Assembly (NCBI GenBank): GCA_041946735.1
Contig: JBHGAY010000012.1
Location: forward strand, 32,001-96,000
Direction: 5' to 3'
Length of the DNA stretch: 64,000 nt
Source: Candidatus Eiseniibacteriota bacterium
GTDB taxonomy: Bacteria; Eisenbacteria; RBG-16-71-46; CAIMUX01; VGJL01
Shown here one piece after another: positions 51,074 through 62,025 of this stretch (position 1 is the stretch's first letter; every line of letters starts with the position of its first letter). The notes beneath the pieces were generated by a model. That model was not told where the DNA came from. It did not search any database and worked only from the letters and a program-made list of their open reading frames with translations. Position numbers and translations under genes: made by a program.

Positions 51074-52303
51074 ATGAGCGTTCGCGAAGATCCGGTCTTC
51101 TGCAGCGTGGAGGAGGCGGTCGCCGAGATCCGCGCGGGCCGGATGCTGATCGTGGTGGACGACGAGGACCGCGAGAACGAGGGAGACCTGATCATGGCGG
51201 CGGAGAAGATCACGCCGCAATCGGTGAACTTCCTCGCGCGCTATGGACGCGGACTGATCTGCGTCCCGATGCAGGAGGAGCGCCTGAACGCGCTCGACCT
51301 TCCGCCGATGGTCCGCACGAACACCGCGAAGCTCGGCACTCCATTCACCGTCAGCGTCGACGCGGTCCACAACACGACGACCGGCATCTCCGCCTTCGAC
51401 CGCGCGCACACGATCCGCACCCTGATCGATCCGCACACGCGCCCGGAGGATCTCGCCCGCCCGGGCCACGTCTTTCCGCTGATCGCCGCCAAAGGCGGAG
51501 TGCTTCGGCGCGCCGGCCACACCGAGGCGACGGTCGACCTCGCGATCCTGGCCGGCCTGTATCCGGCGGGCGTCCTTTGCGAAATCCTCAACGAGGATGG
51601 GACGATGGCCCGCCTTCCCGAGCTGAAGCGGATGGCGGAGGAGCACGGCCTGCGGATCCTCTCGATCGGCTCGCTGATCGAGTACCGCCGCCGCACGGAA
51701 CATCTCGTCCGCCGGATCGTCGAGGCCGACCTGCCGACGGCGCACGGAGACTTCCGTCTCGTCCTCTTCGAAAGCATCCTGGACGGCGATCATCACGTCG
51801 CGATGGTGAAGGGGGAGATCCATCCGGAGGAGCCGGTCCTCGTCCGGGTGCACTCGCAGTGCTTGACGGGGGACGTCCTCGACAGCCGCCGGTGCGACTG
51901 CGGCGAGCAGAAGGAGCTCGCGCTCTCCGCGATCGCCGCCGCCGGCGCGGGGGTCTTCCTCTACATGAGGCAGGAGGGGCGCGGAATCGGCCTCGCGAAC
52001 AAGATTCGCGCCTACCATCTGCAGGACATCGGGCTCGACACCGTGGAGGCGAACGTCTCGCTTGGCTTCCAGCCCGACGAGCGGGACTTCGGGATCGGCG
52101 CGCAGATCCTCGCGGATCTCGGCGTCGGGAAGATCCGTTTGCTCACGAACAACCCGCGCAAACGCGTCGGGCTCGCCGCCCACGGCCTGTCGATCGTCGA
52201 GCTTGTGCCGATCGAGGCTCCGCCGAATCCGGAGAACCGGCACTACCTCGACACCAAGAGGCGGAAGATGGGACATATCCTCCGCATCGACGCCGAAGGA
52301 TGA
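51074..52303 (+). CDS. ribBA: Bifunctional DHBP synthase / GTP cyclohydrolase II
   Basis: [48 protein letters not shown]. Confidence 0.96.
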   Translation: MSVREDPVFCSVEEAVAEIRAGRMLIVVDDEDRENEGDLIMAAEKITPQSVNFLARYGRGLICVPMQEERLNALDLPPMVRTNTAKLGTPFTVSVDAVHNTTTGISAFDRAHTIRTLIDPHTRPEDLARPGHVFPLIAAKGGVLRRAGHTEATVDLAILAGLYPAGVLCEILNEDGTMARLPELKRMAEEHGLRILSIGSLIEYRRRTEHLVRRIVEADLPTAHGDFRLVLFESILDGDHHVAMVKGEIHPEEPVLVRVHSQCLTGDVLDSRRCDCGEQKELALSAIAAAGAGVFLYMRQEGRGIGLANKIRAYHLQDIGLDTVEANVSLGFQPDERDFGIGAQILADLGVGKIRLLTNNPRKRVGLAAHGLSIVELVPIEAPPNPENRHYLDTKRRKMGHILRIDAEG

Positions 52304-52492
52304 AGCCGGGGCGCGGGGATCGATCCGCGATCGGAGATCGATCCTCGACCGATCGCCGGCTGGTCACGATAGATCGCAGAGACGATAGATCGCAGTGAGG
52401 TTGCGGATGTCCCGCTCGCCCGGATCGCGAGACCCGGGGAGGTTCGGGCGCGCATCGTTCGAGGGAAGGGTGGACCGAGGGAGGATTCCGGG

Positions 52493-53059
52493 ATGGCGAA
52501 GCAGTTCCTCGCGACGCTGGACGGTTCGGAGAAGCGATTCGCCTGTATCGTCAGCCGCTTCAGCCGCACGGTGACCGACCGCCTGCTCCAGGGCGCGGTC
52601 GACTGTCTGATCCAGCATGGGGTGACCGAGGACCGGATCGACGTGGTCTGGGTCCCGGGCTCGTTCGAGATTCCGCTCGCCGCGCAGGCCGCCGCACGCT
52701 CGGGTCGGTACGACGCGATCCTCGGGCTCGGTTGCGTGATCCGCGGCGAGACGGCGCACTTCGACCACGTCGCGCGCGAGGCCTCGCGCGGACTCTTCCA
52801 GGTCGGCTACGACACCGGAGTCCCGACCGTATTCGGCGTGATCACGGCGGACACGGCGGAGCAGGCCATCGAGCGCTCCGGTCTGAAGGGGGGCGGCCGC
52901 GGCTACGATGCCGCTCTCGTCGCGCTCGAGATGATCGGCGTGCTCGGATATCTCAGAGCGGGCGGACCGGCGAGCGCCGGCGGGCGAGCGACCGAAAGCC
53001 GGCCGGCGAGGGAGAGCGGACCGGCGAGGGGACGCAGGCCGGCGAACCGGCGGAAGTGA
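52493..53059 (+). CDS. ribH: 6,7-dimethyl-8-ribityllumazine synthase
   Basis: VPGSFEIP, GCVIRGETAHFD, FGVIT, QAIER. Confidence 0.95.
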   Translation: MAKQFLATLDGSEKRFACIVSRFSRTVTDRLLQGAVDCLIQHGVTEDRIDVVWVPGSFEIPLAAQAAARSGRYDAILGLGCVIRGETAHFDHVAREASRGLFQVGYDTGVPTVFGVITADTAEQAIERSGLKGGGRGYDAALVALEMIGVLGYLRAGGPASAGGRATESRPARESGPARGRRPANRRK

Positions 53060-53706
53060 GCGGACCGAGAATCCCCGACGACTTCGCAAGGGGCGGGCGA
53101 ACTCGCGCCCGAGAGGTAGTCTTCCGCGCCGCATTCGAGGCGGACCTGACCGGCGACGATCCGCTCGAGGTCCTGGAACTCTCTCTCGGACGCTTCCGTT
53201 TCACTCCGGATGGCCGCGCCTTCGCGCTCCGGCTCGCGCGCGGGCTTTCCGATCGACTCGAGGAGGTCGACGCCCTCCTTACGCAGCTGCTCGAGCGCTG
53301 GTCGCTCGCCCGCGTTTCGACGGTCGTCCGCGCGATCCTTCGGGTCGGATCGGTGGAGCTGCTGGCGGTCGACGAGACCGCTCCGGCCGTCGTCGTCAAC
53401 GAGGCGGTCCGCCTGGCGAAGCGGTACGGGGAGGAGGACTCCGCGGCGTTCGTCAACGGAGTCCTCGATGCCGCCGCCCGGCGCTTGCGGCCGGGCGCCT
53501 TCGATCGCGACGAGGGTGAGGGGCGGCTGGCTCCCCGGCGGGAGCGGAGCCGGCGCCCGCGACCGCAGGAGGGCGGGTCCGAAGGGGGGCCGAGAAGAGG
53601 AGCGGGGGGAAGGCCGGGAGGAGGAGCGGGAAGCTCCGGAGGGGGGCAAAGAAGTGGTGGCGATGCTCCACCGAGAGGGCAAGGAGGAGGGGGAGGCGGC
53701 CGTTGA
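53056..53706 (+). CDS. nusB: Transcription antitermination factor NusB with Gly/Arg-rich tail
   Basis: RTRARE, W...RV..V.RAILR, VVVNEAVRLAKRYG..DSAAFVNGVLD; follows ribH. Confidence 0.9.
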   Translation: MSGPRIPDDFARGGRTRAREVVFRAAFEADLTGDDPLEVLELSLGRFRFTPDGRAFALRLARGLSDRLEEVDALLTQLLERWSLARVSTVVRAILRVGSVELLAVDETAPAVVVNEAVRLAKRYGEEDSAAFVNGVLDAAARRLRPGAFDRDEGEGRLAPRRERSRRPRPQEGGSEGGPRRGAGGRPGGGAGSSGGGQRSGGDAPPRGQGGGGGGR

Positions 53707-53731
53707 CCGTCCTTGGATCCTCTGATAGCTT
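53703..53731 (+). promoter_or_regulatory. sigma70 promoter of glycosylation operon
   Basis: TTGACC-17nt-TAGCTT with extended -10 TG. Confidence 0.5.
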
Positions 53732-53810
53732 ATGATTTTGCCGCATTTGCGGCCCTGGGTCTTCGGCCTCCGGGCGGGGCTCCGGCAGGAAGGGATGCCT
53801 GAAGGGAAGG

Positions 53811-54632
53811 ATGCGCGCCTCCACCCCCGAGCACTGGGATCGGTACTGGGACGAGCGGAAGGAGACGATCGAGGAGGTCTATTCCAACGAGGACCGGATC
53901 CTTCGCCAGCTCGAGGGCCTTCCGCTCACCGGCCGCCGCATCCTGGAAGTCGGCGCCGGCTCCGGGCGCGACAGCCTGGAGCTCGCCCGGCGGGGCGCCC
54001 GGGTCTTCGTGATCGACTACGTCCGATCGTCCTTCGGCGTGATCCGCCGGCAGGCGCGCGAGCAGGAGCTGACCATCCACGCCGTTTGCGCCGACGCGAC
54101 GCGAATGCCGTTCCGGGACGGCACCTTCGCCCTGGTCTTCCATCAGGGGCTTCTCGAGCACTTCCGCGACCCGAATCCGCTCGTCTCGGAGAACTACCGA
54201 GTCCTGGAGGACGGCGGCCACTGCCTGATCGACGTCCCGCAGCGCTGGCACGTCTACACCCTCGCCAAGCATGCCCTGATTCTCGTGAACCGCTGGTTCG
54301 CGGGATGGGAAACGGAGTACTCCCCCGGCCAGCTCGAAGCCCTCATGCGGCGCCACGGCTTCTCGATCGTCCGCACGGGCGGGGACTGGTTCCGTCCCGG
54401 CTTCTTCTATCGCGGCCTGCGCTACGTCCTGATGCGCGGCCGGATCGCGCGGCTTCCGCTCCACCCGCGCGGCCCGAAGCTGCTTGGCGTCCCCGGGGAG
54501 TGGATCCGCGGCCGCCTGCGCGGGACGAGGCTCGGTCTGCACACCTACGCAATGATCGGCACGCTCGGCAGGAAGAATGCCGCCTCGCGACCGGGCGGCG
54601 GCGGCGCGCAGCGCGGGGGAGAGAAAGGGTGA
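53811..54632 (+). CDS. Class I SAM-dependent methyltransferase
   Basis: ILEVGAGSG, VIDY, CADATRMPF, GLLEHF. Confidence 0.88.
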   Translation: MRASTPEHWDRYWDERKETIEEVYSNEDRILRQLEGLPLTGRRILEVGAGSGRDSLELARRGARVFVIDYVRSSFGVIRRQAREQELTIHAVCADATRMPFRDGTFALVFHQGLLEHFRDPNPLVSENYRVLEDGGHCLIDVPQRWHVYTLAKHALILVNRWFAGWETEYSPGQLEALMRRHGFSIVRTGGDWFRPGFFYRGLRYVLMRGRIARLPLHPRGPKLLGVPGEWIRGRLRGTRLGLHTYAMIGTLGRKNAASRPGGGGAQRGGEKG

Positions 54633-54639
54633 GGGCGGG

Positions 54640-55776
54640 GTGCGGATTCTGATCATCAGCTACCGCGACCTCCGGCATCCGGAGATGGGAGGCGCGGAGG
54701 TCATCCTCTACGAGATCTATCGCCGGCTGCAGGCGCGCGGGCACTCGATCACCTTCCTGGCCGGCGCGTGGCCCGGAGGACCGCTCGAGGACGAGATCGA
54801 TGGGATGCGCGTGCTCCGCGCCGGGAACCTGTACAACTTCAACTGGATCGTGCCGCAGGTCTGGAAGCGGATCCGCGGGGAAGGCTACGACGTCATTGTC
54901 GAGGACCTGAACAAGATCCCGTTCTACGGGCCTTCGTTCCAGCACGAGGTGCCGGTGCTCGCCAACGTTCCGCACCTCTTCGGGACGACCGTCTTCCGCG
55001 AGACGCCCTGGCCGTTCGCCCTCTACGTCTACCTGCACGAGCAGCTCATTCCGGCCGTCTATCGTCGCTGCCGCTTCCAGGTCCTCTCCAACACGACGCG
55101 CGATGACCTGATCCGACGCGGGATCCGCGCCGACCAGATCCACGTCATCCGTTCCGGGATCGACCATTCCTTCTACCAGCCCCCGAACCGCGACGGCTCG
55201 GGGCCGCCGCCGCCCGTGCTGCTCTATCTCGGCCGCCTGAAGAAGTACAAGGGGATCGACCTGCCGATCCAGGCGATGCCGGCGATCCTCGAACGCGTCC
55301 CCGAGGCGCGCTACTGGATCGCCGGGGATGGGGACTTCCGCGCCGAGCTGCAGGAGCGGATCCGCGAGGCGGGGCTCGAGGGGAAGGTGGAGCTGCTCGG
55401 CCACAAGAGCGGCGCCGAGAAGCTCGCGATGCTCGCGCAGACGAGGGTCCTGGTCTACACCTCCCCGAAGGAAGGCTGGGGGCTCTCCGTGATCGAGGCG
55501 AACGCGATGGGGATCCCGGCGGTCGCGAGCGACTCCCCGGGCCTGTGTGAGTCGGTCCGGGACGGGGAGACCGGCTATCTCGTCCCGCACGGGGACGTCA
55601 GGGCCTTGGCCGGCCGGCTGATCGAGCTGTTGAGCGACGATGCGCTCTGGTCCAGGATGGGCCGGGCGGGGATCGAGTGGGCGTCCCGCTTCCATTGGGA
55701 CGCGATGGCGGACGAGACCGAGGGGCTCCTGGCGCGCGTCGTCGAGGAGGGGCCCGGGGGAGAGCCGAGGCGATGA
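54640..55776 (+). CDS. Glycosyltransferase family 4
   Basis: HPEMGGAE, YLGRLKKYKG, EGWGLSVIEA (Ex7E). Confidence 0.9.
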   Translation: MRILIISYRDLRHPEMGGAEVILYEIYRRLQARGHSITFLAGAWPGGPLEDEIDGMRVLRAGNLYNFNWIVPQVWKRIRGEGYDVIVEDLNKIPFYGPSFQHEVPVLANVPHLFGTTVFRETPWPFALYVYLHEQLIPAVYRRCRFQVLSNTTRDDLIRRGIRADQIHVIRSGIDHSFYQPPNRDGSGPPPPVLLYLGRLKKYKGIDLPIQAMPAILERVPEARYWIAGDGDFRAELQERIREAGLEGKVELLGHKSGAEKLAMLAQTRVLVYTSPKEGWGLSVIEANAMGIPAVASDSPGLCESVRDGETGYLVPHGDVRALAGRLIELLSDDALWSRMGRAGIEWASRFHWDAMADETEGLLARVVEEGPGGEPRR

Positions 55777-58397
55777 GGTTACTGGCGGAGAGCGAAACGA
55801 AGACGATCGGCCTCGGCGCGATCGCCGTCTTCCTGATCACGCAGATCGTCTACATCCTCACGCTGACCCGGACCTGCCCGTTCTGGGACAGCGGAGAGTT
55901 CATCTCGACCTCCTACATCCTCGGCATCCCGCACCCGCCGGGCACCCCGTTCTACGTCCTGATCGGGCGCCTCTTCACCTTCCTCCCGATCGGCTCGATC
56001 GCGACGCGCGTCAACTACCTCTCGGCCGTCTCCTCGAGCGTCGCCGCGGTGCTCGGCTACCTGGTCGCCGTCGAGCTGTTCCGCTGGATGCAGCGGGGAC
56101 GCCCGGAGGCGGAGCGCACGCCGATCCTGATCGGCATTCTCGGCGGCGTGGCGGCCGGCCTGTTCACCGCCTTCTCCCGCACCTTCTGGGAGAACGCGCT
56201 CGAAGCGGAGGTCTACGGCCTCTCGAGCGCGGCGACCATGGGAGCGTTCTGGCTGACGCTGCTGTGGGCGGGGCGCGAAGGGGAGACGAAGCGCAACAAC
56301 AAGCTGTTCCTCCTCGCCTACTACCTGATCGCCGTCTCCGCCGGGATCCACATGGGGACGTTCCTCGTTCTCCCGGCGATGCTCCTGCTCGTGCTGCTCG
56401 TCGACCACCGGACGCTCGCGCCGCATCTCTTCGGCGCGTTCGTCGTCGCAGGCGTTCTCGTCGGCCTTGCGCCGGCGATGCTGCCGATCCTGAAGGAACT
56501 CTGGATCGTCCTGCTCCTGCTCGGCCTCCTCGCTTCCCTGCTGCTCGGCCGGCTCTGGTCGCCGCTCGGCCCGCGCGGTGTCGTCTTCTGGTGCCTGCTG
56601 CTCACCGTGATCGGCCTGTCGAACCATCTCTATCTACCGATCCGCGCCGCGCTCGATCCGGCGATCAACGAGGCCGATCCCTCGACGACTCACTCGCTCT
56701 GGCTTGCCCTGATCCGCGACCAGTACAAGCCGGCGAACCCGTTCCTGATCCGCAACGCGCCCTGGGACGTGCAGTTCACGCGGCACTTCTGGCGCTACCT
56801 CCACGACCAGTACCAGCTCCGGCTGAGCCCGGCATGGCTCGCCAACTACCTCCCGTACGCGATCGGGGTGATCGGGATGATCGGCCACGCGCGTCGCGAG
56901 AAGAAGAGCTTCGCTTCGCTCTTCTTCTTCTACCTGATCACGACCGTCGGGATGGTCTTCTACCTGAACTTCCGGACGGACGAGGTGCGCGACCGCGACT
57001 ACTTCTTCACGCCGAGCTACCAGGTCTTCGCGGTCTGGATCGGGCTCGGGTTCGCGACGATCGCCGGGTGGGTTCGCTGGGCCTACACCGAGGGGCGCGA
57101 CCGGCTGGGGACCCGCCTCGGATTGCTCGTCGGCGGCCTCGGCATCCTCTTCGCCTTCTCCACCTGCGCGAACTTCTGGCACATGCGGGACAGGACCGGC
57201 TTCTACCTCGCGCGCGACCTCGCCTACAACATGCTGACCCCGCTCGATCGCGACGCGCTGATCTTCACCAACGGCGACAACGACACCTTCCCGCTCTGGT
57301 ACCTGCAGGAGGTCGAGAAGCAGAGGAAGGACATCCGCGTCGTGAACCTGAGCCTGCTGAACACCGCCTGGTACATGCGCCAGCTCCGCGACCAGCAGCC
57401 GAAGGTGGCGATCGGCTGGAACGACAAGCAGATGGACACCGTGATGGACGTTCCGGAGAAGTTCGTCGAGTACGCGCAGGGGGACATGTCACGCGAGCAG
57501 TACGAGTCCTTCCTGCGCTCGAATGGTCTCGCGAAGTACGTTCCCGATCCCGACCAGTTCATCTACTCGAAGGACATCGCGACGCGCCGGATCATCGAGG
57601 AGAACTCCGGCAAGCGGCCGATCTACTTCGCCGTCACGGTCCCCGACCAGATGGGCTTCGACGATCGGATGACGATGGAAGGTCTGGTATTCCGGCTCGG
57701 CGAGAAGCATCCCGACGGTCAGGACGACGTCGACGTCGACAAGACGCTCCACAACCTCAACGACGTCTACCTCTATCGCGGGTTGCTGACGAAGGACGGC
57801 CGCTACGACAACTCCGTCTTCAAGGACGACAACGCGCTCCGGCTCGTGCAGAACTACGCGGCCGGCTACGTGCGCGCGGCGGAGAAGCTCTCGACCGAGG
57901 GTCGCAACGAGGAGGCGCTCGGCGCAATCGAGAAGGCGTTGGTCCTCTCCTCGTCTCCGTCGATTCTCTACTCGGCCGGCGTCATCTACTACCGCACCGA
58001 GATGTTCGACAAGGCGGAGCAGGAGTTCCGCGAACTGGTCAACCACAACTACGGCGAGTACCCGATCCTCCGCCTCCTCGGCAGGACCGTCGAGCGGCAG
58101 GGGCGGATCGCCGAGGCGGAGCAGATCTACCGCGAGGGGTACGCGCGGTACCCCGACGAGCCGGAGGCGCTGCGCGAGCTCTTCTCGTTCTACGTCGAGA
58201 TGGGGGAGAACGAGAAGGCGCTCGACGTCCTCGAGCAGTGGGTGCGGCGCCATCCGGCCGACGAGGCGGCGCGCAAGCGGCTCGAGGAGCTGCGAGCGGG
58301 CGGGCTCGCCGCACCGGAGACCGTGAACCCGGCCGTGCCGACGCCGACCCAGCCGGCGGTCCCGCGCTCCACGCAGCCGTCGTCCGGAGGGAACTGA
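55773..58397 (+). CDS. DUF2723 / TMEM260-like GT-C membrane glycosyltransferase with C-terminal TPR region
   Basis: FWDSGEF...LGIPHPPGTPFY, EAEVY, RDRDYFF, FTNGDNDTFPLWYLQ; many TM helices; TPR-like helical C-terminus. Confidence 0.85.
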   Translation: MRLLAESETKTIGLGAIAVFLITQIVYILTLTRTCPFWDSGEFISTSYILGIPHPPGTPFYVLIGRLFTFLPIGSIATRVNYLSAVSSSVAAVLGYLVAVELFRWMQRGRPEAERTPILIGILGGVAAGLFTAFSRTFWENALEAEVYGLSSAATMGAFWLTLLWAGREGETKRNNKLFLLAYYLIAVSAGIHMGTFLVLPAMLLLVLLVDHRTLAPHLFGAFVVAGVLVGLAPAMLPILKELWIVLLLLGLLASLLLGRLWSPLGPRGVVFWCLLLTVIGLSNHLYLPIRAALDPAINEADPSTTHSLWLALIRDQYKPANPFLIRNAPWDVQFTRHFWRYLHDQYQLRLSPAWLANYLPYAIGVIGMIGHARREKKSFASLFFFYLITTVGMVFYLNFRTDEVRDRDYFFTPSYQVFAVWIGLGFATIAGWVRWAYTEGRDRLGTRLGLLVGGLGILFAFSTCANFWHMRDRTGFYLARDLAYNMLTPLDRDALIFTNGDNDTFPLWYLQEVEKQRKDIRVVNLSLLNTAWYMRQLRDQQPKVAIGWNDKQMDTVMDVPEKFVEYAQGDMSREQYESFLRSNGLAKYVPDPDQFIYSKDIATRRIIEENSGKRPIYFAVTVPDQMGFDDRMTMEGLVFRLGEKHPDGQDDVDVDKTLHNLNDVYLYRGLLTKDGRYDNSVFKDDNALRLVQNYAAGYVRAAEKLSTEGRNEEALGAIEKALVLSSSPSILYSAGVIYYRTEMFDKAEQEFRELVNHNYGEYPILRLLGRTVERQGRIAEAEQIYREGYARYPDEPEALRELFSFYVEMGENEKALDVLEQWVRRHPADEAARKRLEELRAGGLAAPETVNPAVPTPTQPAVPRSTQPSSGGN

Positions 58398-58402
58398 GCG
58401 CC

Positions 58403-59371
58403 ATGGCTCTCCACCTCGTCACGGGAGCGGCGGGATTCATCGGCTCCCACCTCTGCGCCCGCCTGCTCGAGGAGGGGGAGGAGGTTCTCGGGGTCGACTG
58501 CTTCACGGACTACTACGACCCGGCCCTGAAGCGGCGAAACCTCGCCACGCTGCAGGGCCGGCCCGGCTTCCGCTTTCGCGAGCTGGATCTCCGCGCCGGC
58601 GCGATCGAGCCGGTCCTCGATCGCGTCGAAGGGATCTTCCACCAGGCCGCGCAGGCGGGGGTCCGCGCCTCCTGGGGCGAACATTTCCGGGACTATTCGG
58701 ACATCAACGTCCTCGCGACGCAGCGCCTGCTCGAGGCCTGCCGGGGTCGCGAGGAGCAGATCCGCCGCTTCGTCTACGCCTCCTCTTCGTCGATCTACGG
58801 CGACGCGCTCGCCTATCCGGTCGGCGAGGACGATCCCAAGCTGCCCATCTCCCCCTACGGGGTGACGAAGCTTGCCGGCGAACTTCTCGTCCGCCTCTAC
58901 GCCGTTCAGCACGGGCTGCGCGCGACGAGCCTCCGCTACTTCACCGTCTATGGCCCGCGCCAGCGTCCCGACATGGGCTTCCATCGCTTCCTGCGCGCCA
59001 TCCACGAGGGAAGGAGCGTTCCCCTCTACGGCGACGGCGAGCAGACGCGCGACTTCACCTTCGTCTCCGACGCCGTCGAGGCGAACCTCCTCGCGCTACG
59101 CGGGGATCGCGTCGAGCCCGGGACGGCGTTCAACATCGGCGGCGGCTCCCGCGTGCGTCTGCTCGACGTCCTCGACCGCCTCGCGGCGATCACCGGCAAG
59201 CCGGTGCGGATCGACCGCCAGCCGCCTTCTCCGGGGGACGTCCGCCACACCGGCGCGGACACGGCGCGCGCCCGCGAGCAGCTCGGCTACGCGCCGAAGG
59301 TCGGGATCGACGAAGGGCTGCGGCGCGAGAACGAGTGGATGATCCGCTATCTCGCTGGAGACGGGGAGTGA
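58403..59371 (+). CDS. NAD-dependent nucleotide-sugar epimerase (UDP-glucuronate 4-epimerase-like)
   Basis: TGAAGFIG, AAQAGVR, ASSSSIYG, YGVTK, FTVYGPRQRPDM. Confidence 0.9.
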   Translation: MALHLVTGAAGFIGSHLCARLLEEGEEVLGVDCFTDYYDPALKRRNLATLQGRPGFRFRELDLRAGAIEPVLDRVEGIFHQAAQAGVRASWGEHFRDYSDINVLATQRLLEACRGREEQIRRFVYASSSSIYGDALAYPVGEDDPKLPISPYGVTKLAGELLVRLYAVQHGLRATSLRYFTVYGPRQRPDMGFHRFLRAIHEGRSVPLYGDGEQTRDFTFVSDAVEANLLALRGDRVEPGTAFNIGGGSRVRLLDVLDRLAAITGKPVRIDRQPPSPGDVRHTGADTARAREQLGYAPKVGIDEGLRRENEWMIRYLAGDGE

Positions 59372-60318
59372 GGGAGCCGCCCCGCGTGTCGGTCGTGATC
59401 CCCGCCTTCGACGAGGAGGCGTCGATCGGACCGCTCGTCGAGGAGGTCGCGCGGGTGCTCGGGCCGACCGGCCGGACCTTCGAGATCCTCGTCGTCGACG
59501 ACGGCAGCCGGGACGCGACGCCCATGGAGGTCGAGAAGCGGATCGGCACCGTCCCGGGGCTGCGGCTGCTCTCGTTGCGCGCCAACGCCGGGAAGTCGGC
59601 TGCTCTCCGCCTCGGCTTCGACGAGGCTCGGGGGACCGAGGCGGTCGTGACGCTCGACGCCGATCTCCAGGACGACCCGAAGGAGATCCCCGGGATGCTC
59701 GGGATGCTGGACGAGGGGTACGACGTCATTTCGGGGTGGAAGCGCAAGCGGCGCGACCCGTGGACGAAGACCTTTCCGAGCCGGATCTGGAACTTCTGGA
59801 CCGCACGGTTGACCGGCATCCACATCCATGACTTCAACTCCGGCTTCAAGGCCTACCGCCGTCCCGTCCTCGACACGCTCGATCTCCACGGGGAGCTGCA
59901 CCGCTACATTCCGGTTCTCGCCGGCCGGATGGGATGGAGGATCGCAGAGCGGGAGGTGGTCCACCATCCCCGAGAGCATGGGCGAAGCAAGTTCGGGGGA
60001 GGCCGCTTCCTGACCGGGTTCCTCGATCTGATGCTCGTGATGTTCCTGAGCGGCCGGCACCGCTCGCCGCTCCACGTCTTCGGGCGTCTCGGGATCGCGT
60101 TCCTGGCCGTCGGCGGCCTGATCGAGCTGTACATGGCGGGGATCTGGGTGATCGAGTCCCGTCTCCGCGTCCGTCCTATGCTGCTTTTCGGCGTGATTCT
60201 CGTGATCCTCGGAATCCAGTTCATCTCGATGGGGTTGTTGGCCGAGATGATCGCCGGGATCCGCAGGCCGAGTGACACGCCGGTCCGCAAACGTCTTCCG
60301 GAGGAGGAAGGTCCATGA
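59368..60318 (+). CDS. GT2 polyprenol-phosphate glycosyltransferase (ArnC/GtrB-like)
   Basis: [28 protein letters not shown], two C-terminal TM helices. Confidence 0.88.
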   Translation: MREPPRVSVVIPAFDEEASIGPLVEEVARVLGPTGRTFEILVVDDGSRDATPMEVEKRIGTVPGLRLLSLRANAGKSAALRLGFDEARGTEAVVTLDADLQDDPKEIPGMLGMLDEGYDVISGWKRKRRDPWTKTFPSRIWNFWTARLTGIHIHDFNSGFKAYRRPVLDTLDLHGELHRYIPVLAGRMGWRIAEREVVHHPREHGRSKFGGGRFLTGFLDLMLVMFLSGRHRSPLHVFGRLGIAFLAVGGLIELYMAGIWVIESRLRVRPMLLFGVILVILGIQFISMGLLAEMIAGIRRPSDTPVRKRLPEEEGP

Positions 60319-61250
60319 GGGTGCTGATCACGGGGGGAGCCGGGTTCATCGGGTCCCATCTGAGCGACTACCTGCTCGCCAAGGGGATGGAGGTGATCTG
60401 CATGGACAACCTCCTGACCGGCAGCGTCGACAACATCGCGCACATCCACAACCCCCGATTCCGTTTCATCGAGTACGACGTCACGAACTACATCTACGTG
60501 GACGGGCCGTTGGACTTCGTCCTCCATTTCGCGAGCCCCGCGAGCCCGAACGACTACCTGCGCCTGCCGATCCATACCCTGAAGGTCGGCGCGCTGGGCA
60601 CGCACCGGGCGCTGGGCCTCGCGCGGGCGAAGAAGGCGCGCTTCCTGCTCGCTTCGACGTCCGAGGTGTATGGGGATCCCGGCATCCACCCGCAACCGGA
60701 GTCGTACTGGGGAAACGTGAATCCGATCGGACTGCGCGGCGTCTACGACGAGGCGAAGCGCTACGCCGAGGCGCTCACGATGGCGTACCACCGCTATCAC
60801 GGCGTCGACACCAAGATCGTCCGGATCTTCAACACCTTCGGCCCCCGCATGCGGCGCGACGACGGCCGCGCCGTCCCGACCTTCATCATGCAGGCCCTGC
60901 GCGGCGAACCGATGACGATCTTCGGCGACGGCTCGCAGACCCGCTCCTTCGGCTACATCACCGATCTCGTGCGGGGGATCGACCTGCTGATGCATTCCGA
61001 GCTCTGGGAGCCGGTCAACATCGGCAACCCGCAGGAGATGACGGTGACCGAGATGGCGCAGGAGATCGTGAAGCTCACGGGCAGCAAGAGCGCGCTCGTC
61101 CATCGTCCCCTTCCCGAGGACGACCCGAAGGTTCGCCAGCCCGACATCTCGCAGGCGCGCGCCCGCCTCGGCTGGGAGCCGAAGGTCGACGTCCGCGAGG
61201 CGTTGCGCTTGACGATCGAGTGGTTCCGGCGTCTCGGGGAGGCCGTCTGA
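60315..61250 (+). CDS. UDP-glucuronate decarboxylase (UDP-xylose synthase)
   Basis: [49 protein letters not shown]. Confidence 0.9.
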   Translation: MRVLITGGAGFIGSHLSDYLLAKGMEVICMDNLLTGSVDNIAHIHNPRFRFIEYDVTNYIYVDGPLDFVLHFASPASPNDYLRLPIHTLKVGALGTHRALGLARAKKARFLLASTSEVYGDPGIHPQPESYWGNVNPIGLRGVYDEAKRYAEALTMAYHRYHGVDTKIVRIFNTFGPRMRRDDGRAVPTFIMQALRGEPMTIFGDGSQTRSFGYITDLVRGIDLLMHSELWEPVNIGNPQEMTVTEMAQEIVKLTGSKSALVHRPLPEDDPKVRQPDISQARARLGWEPKVDVREALRLTIEWFRRLGEAV

Positions 61251-61260
61251 GGGACGGCCG

Positions 61261-62025
61261 ATGAGCGAGCTGCCGCCGGTCTGGATCATCATCCCGACCT
61301 ACGACGAGCTGGAGAACGTCAAGACGCTCGTCCCCGATCTGCTCTCCCGCGGATCGAACATCGACGTGCTGGTCGTCGACGACAACTCGCCGGACGGCAC
61401 GGGACGATGGGTCGAGGAGTTCGGCCGGACGGTCCCTCGCGTCCACGTGCTGCATCGCCCGCGCAAGATGGGGCTCGGCTCCGCCTACCGGGACGGCTTC
61501 CGCTTCGCGCTCGAACAGGGCGCGGAGCTGATCTTCGAGATGGACGCCGACTACTCGCACGACCCCTCCGCGCTCCCCTCCTTCTTCGAGGCGGCGCGCG
61601 AGGCGGACCTGGTCCTCGGGAGCCGCTACAAGAACGGCGTCACCGTGGTGAACTGGCCCCTGCGGCGGCTGATGCTCTCGTACTTCGCGAACGTCTACAC
61701 TCGGTGGCTGACCGGCCTGCCGGTGCGCGACGCCACCGGCGGCTACAAATGCTTCCGGCGCGCCGTCCTCGAGGCGATCGACCTCGGGTCGATCCGCTCC
61801 GACGGCTACGCGTTCCAGATCGAGATGACGTTCGACGCCTGGATGCTCGGCTTCCGGATCGCCGAGATCCCGATCGTCTTCGTCGACCGGCGCGTCGGGA
61901 TCTCCAAGATGAGCCGGGGAATCGTCGGCGAGGCGTTCTTCCTCGTCTTCCGGCTCGCTCTGCGCCGGATCTTCGGGCGGAGGCGCAGGCGGAGGCCGCC
62001 GGCCGGGGCGCCGGAGGCGGCATGA
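61261..62025 (+). CDS. Polyprenol monophosphomannose synthase (Ppm1/DPM1-like GT2)
   Basis: IIPTYDE, VVDDNSPDGT, KMGLGSAY, EMDADYSHDP, DATGGYKCF, GYAFQIEM, FVDRRVGISKMS. Confidence 0.88.
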   Translation: MSELPPVWIIIPTYDELENVKTLVPDLLSRGSNIDVLVVDDNSPDGTGRWVEEFGRTVPRVHVLHRPRKMGLGSAYRDGFRFALEQGAELIFEMDADYSHDPSALPSFFEAAREADLVLGSRYKNGVTVVNWPLRRLMLSYFANVYTRWLTGLPVRDATGGYKCFRRAVLEAIDLGSIRSDGYAFQIEMTFDAWMLGFRIAEIPIVFVDRRVGISKMSRGIVGEAFFLVFRLALRRIFGRRRRRRPPAGAPEAA

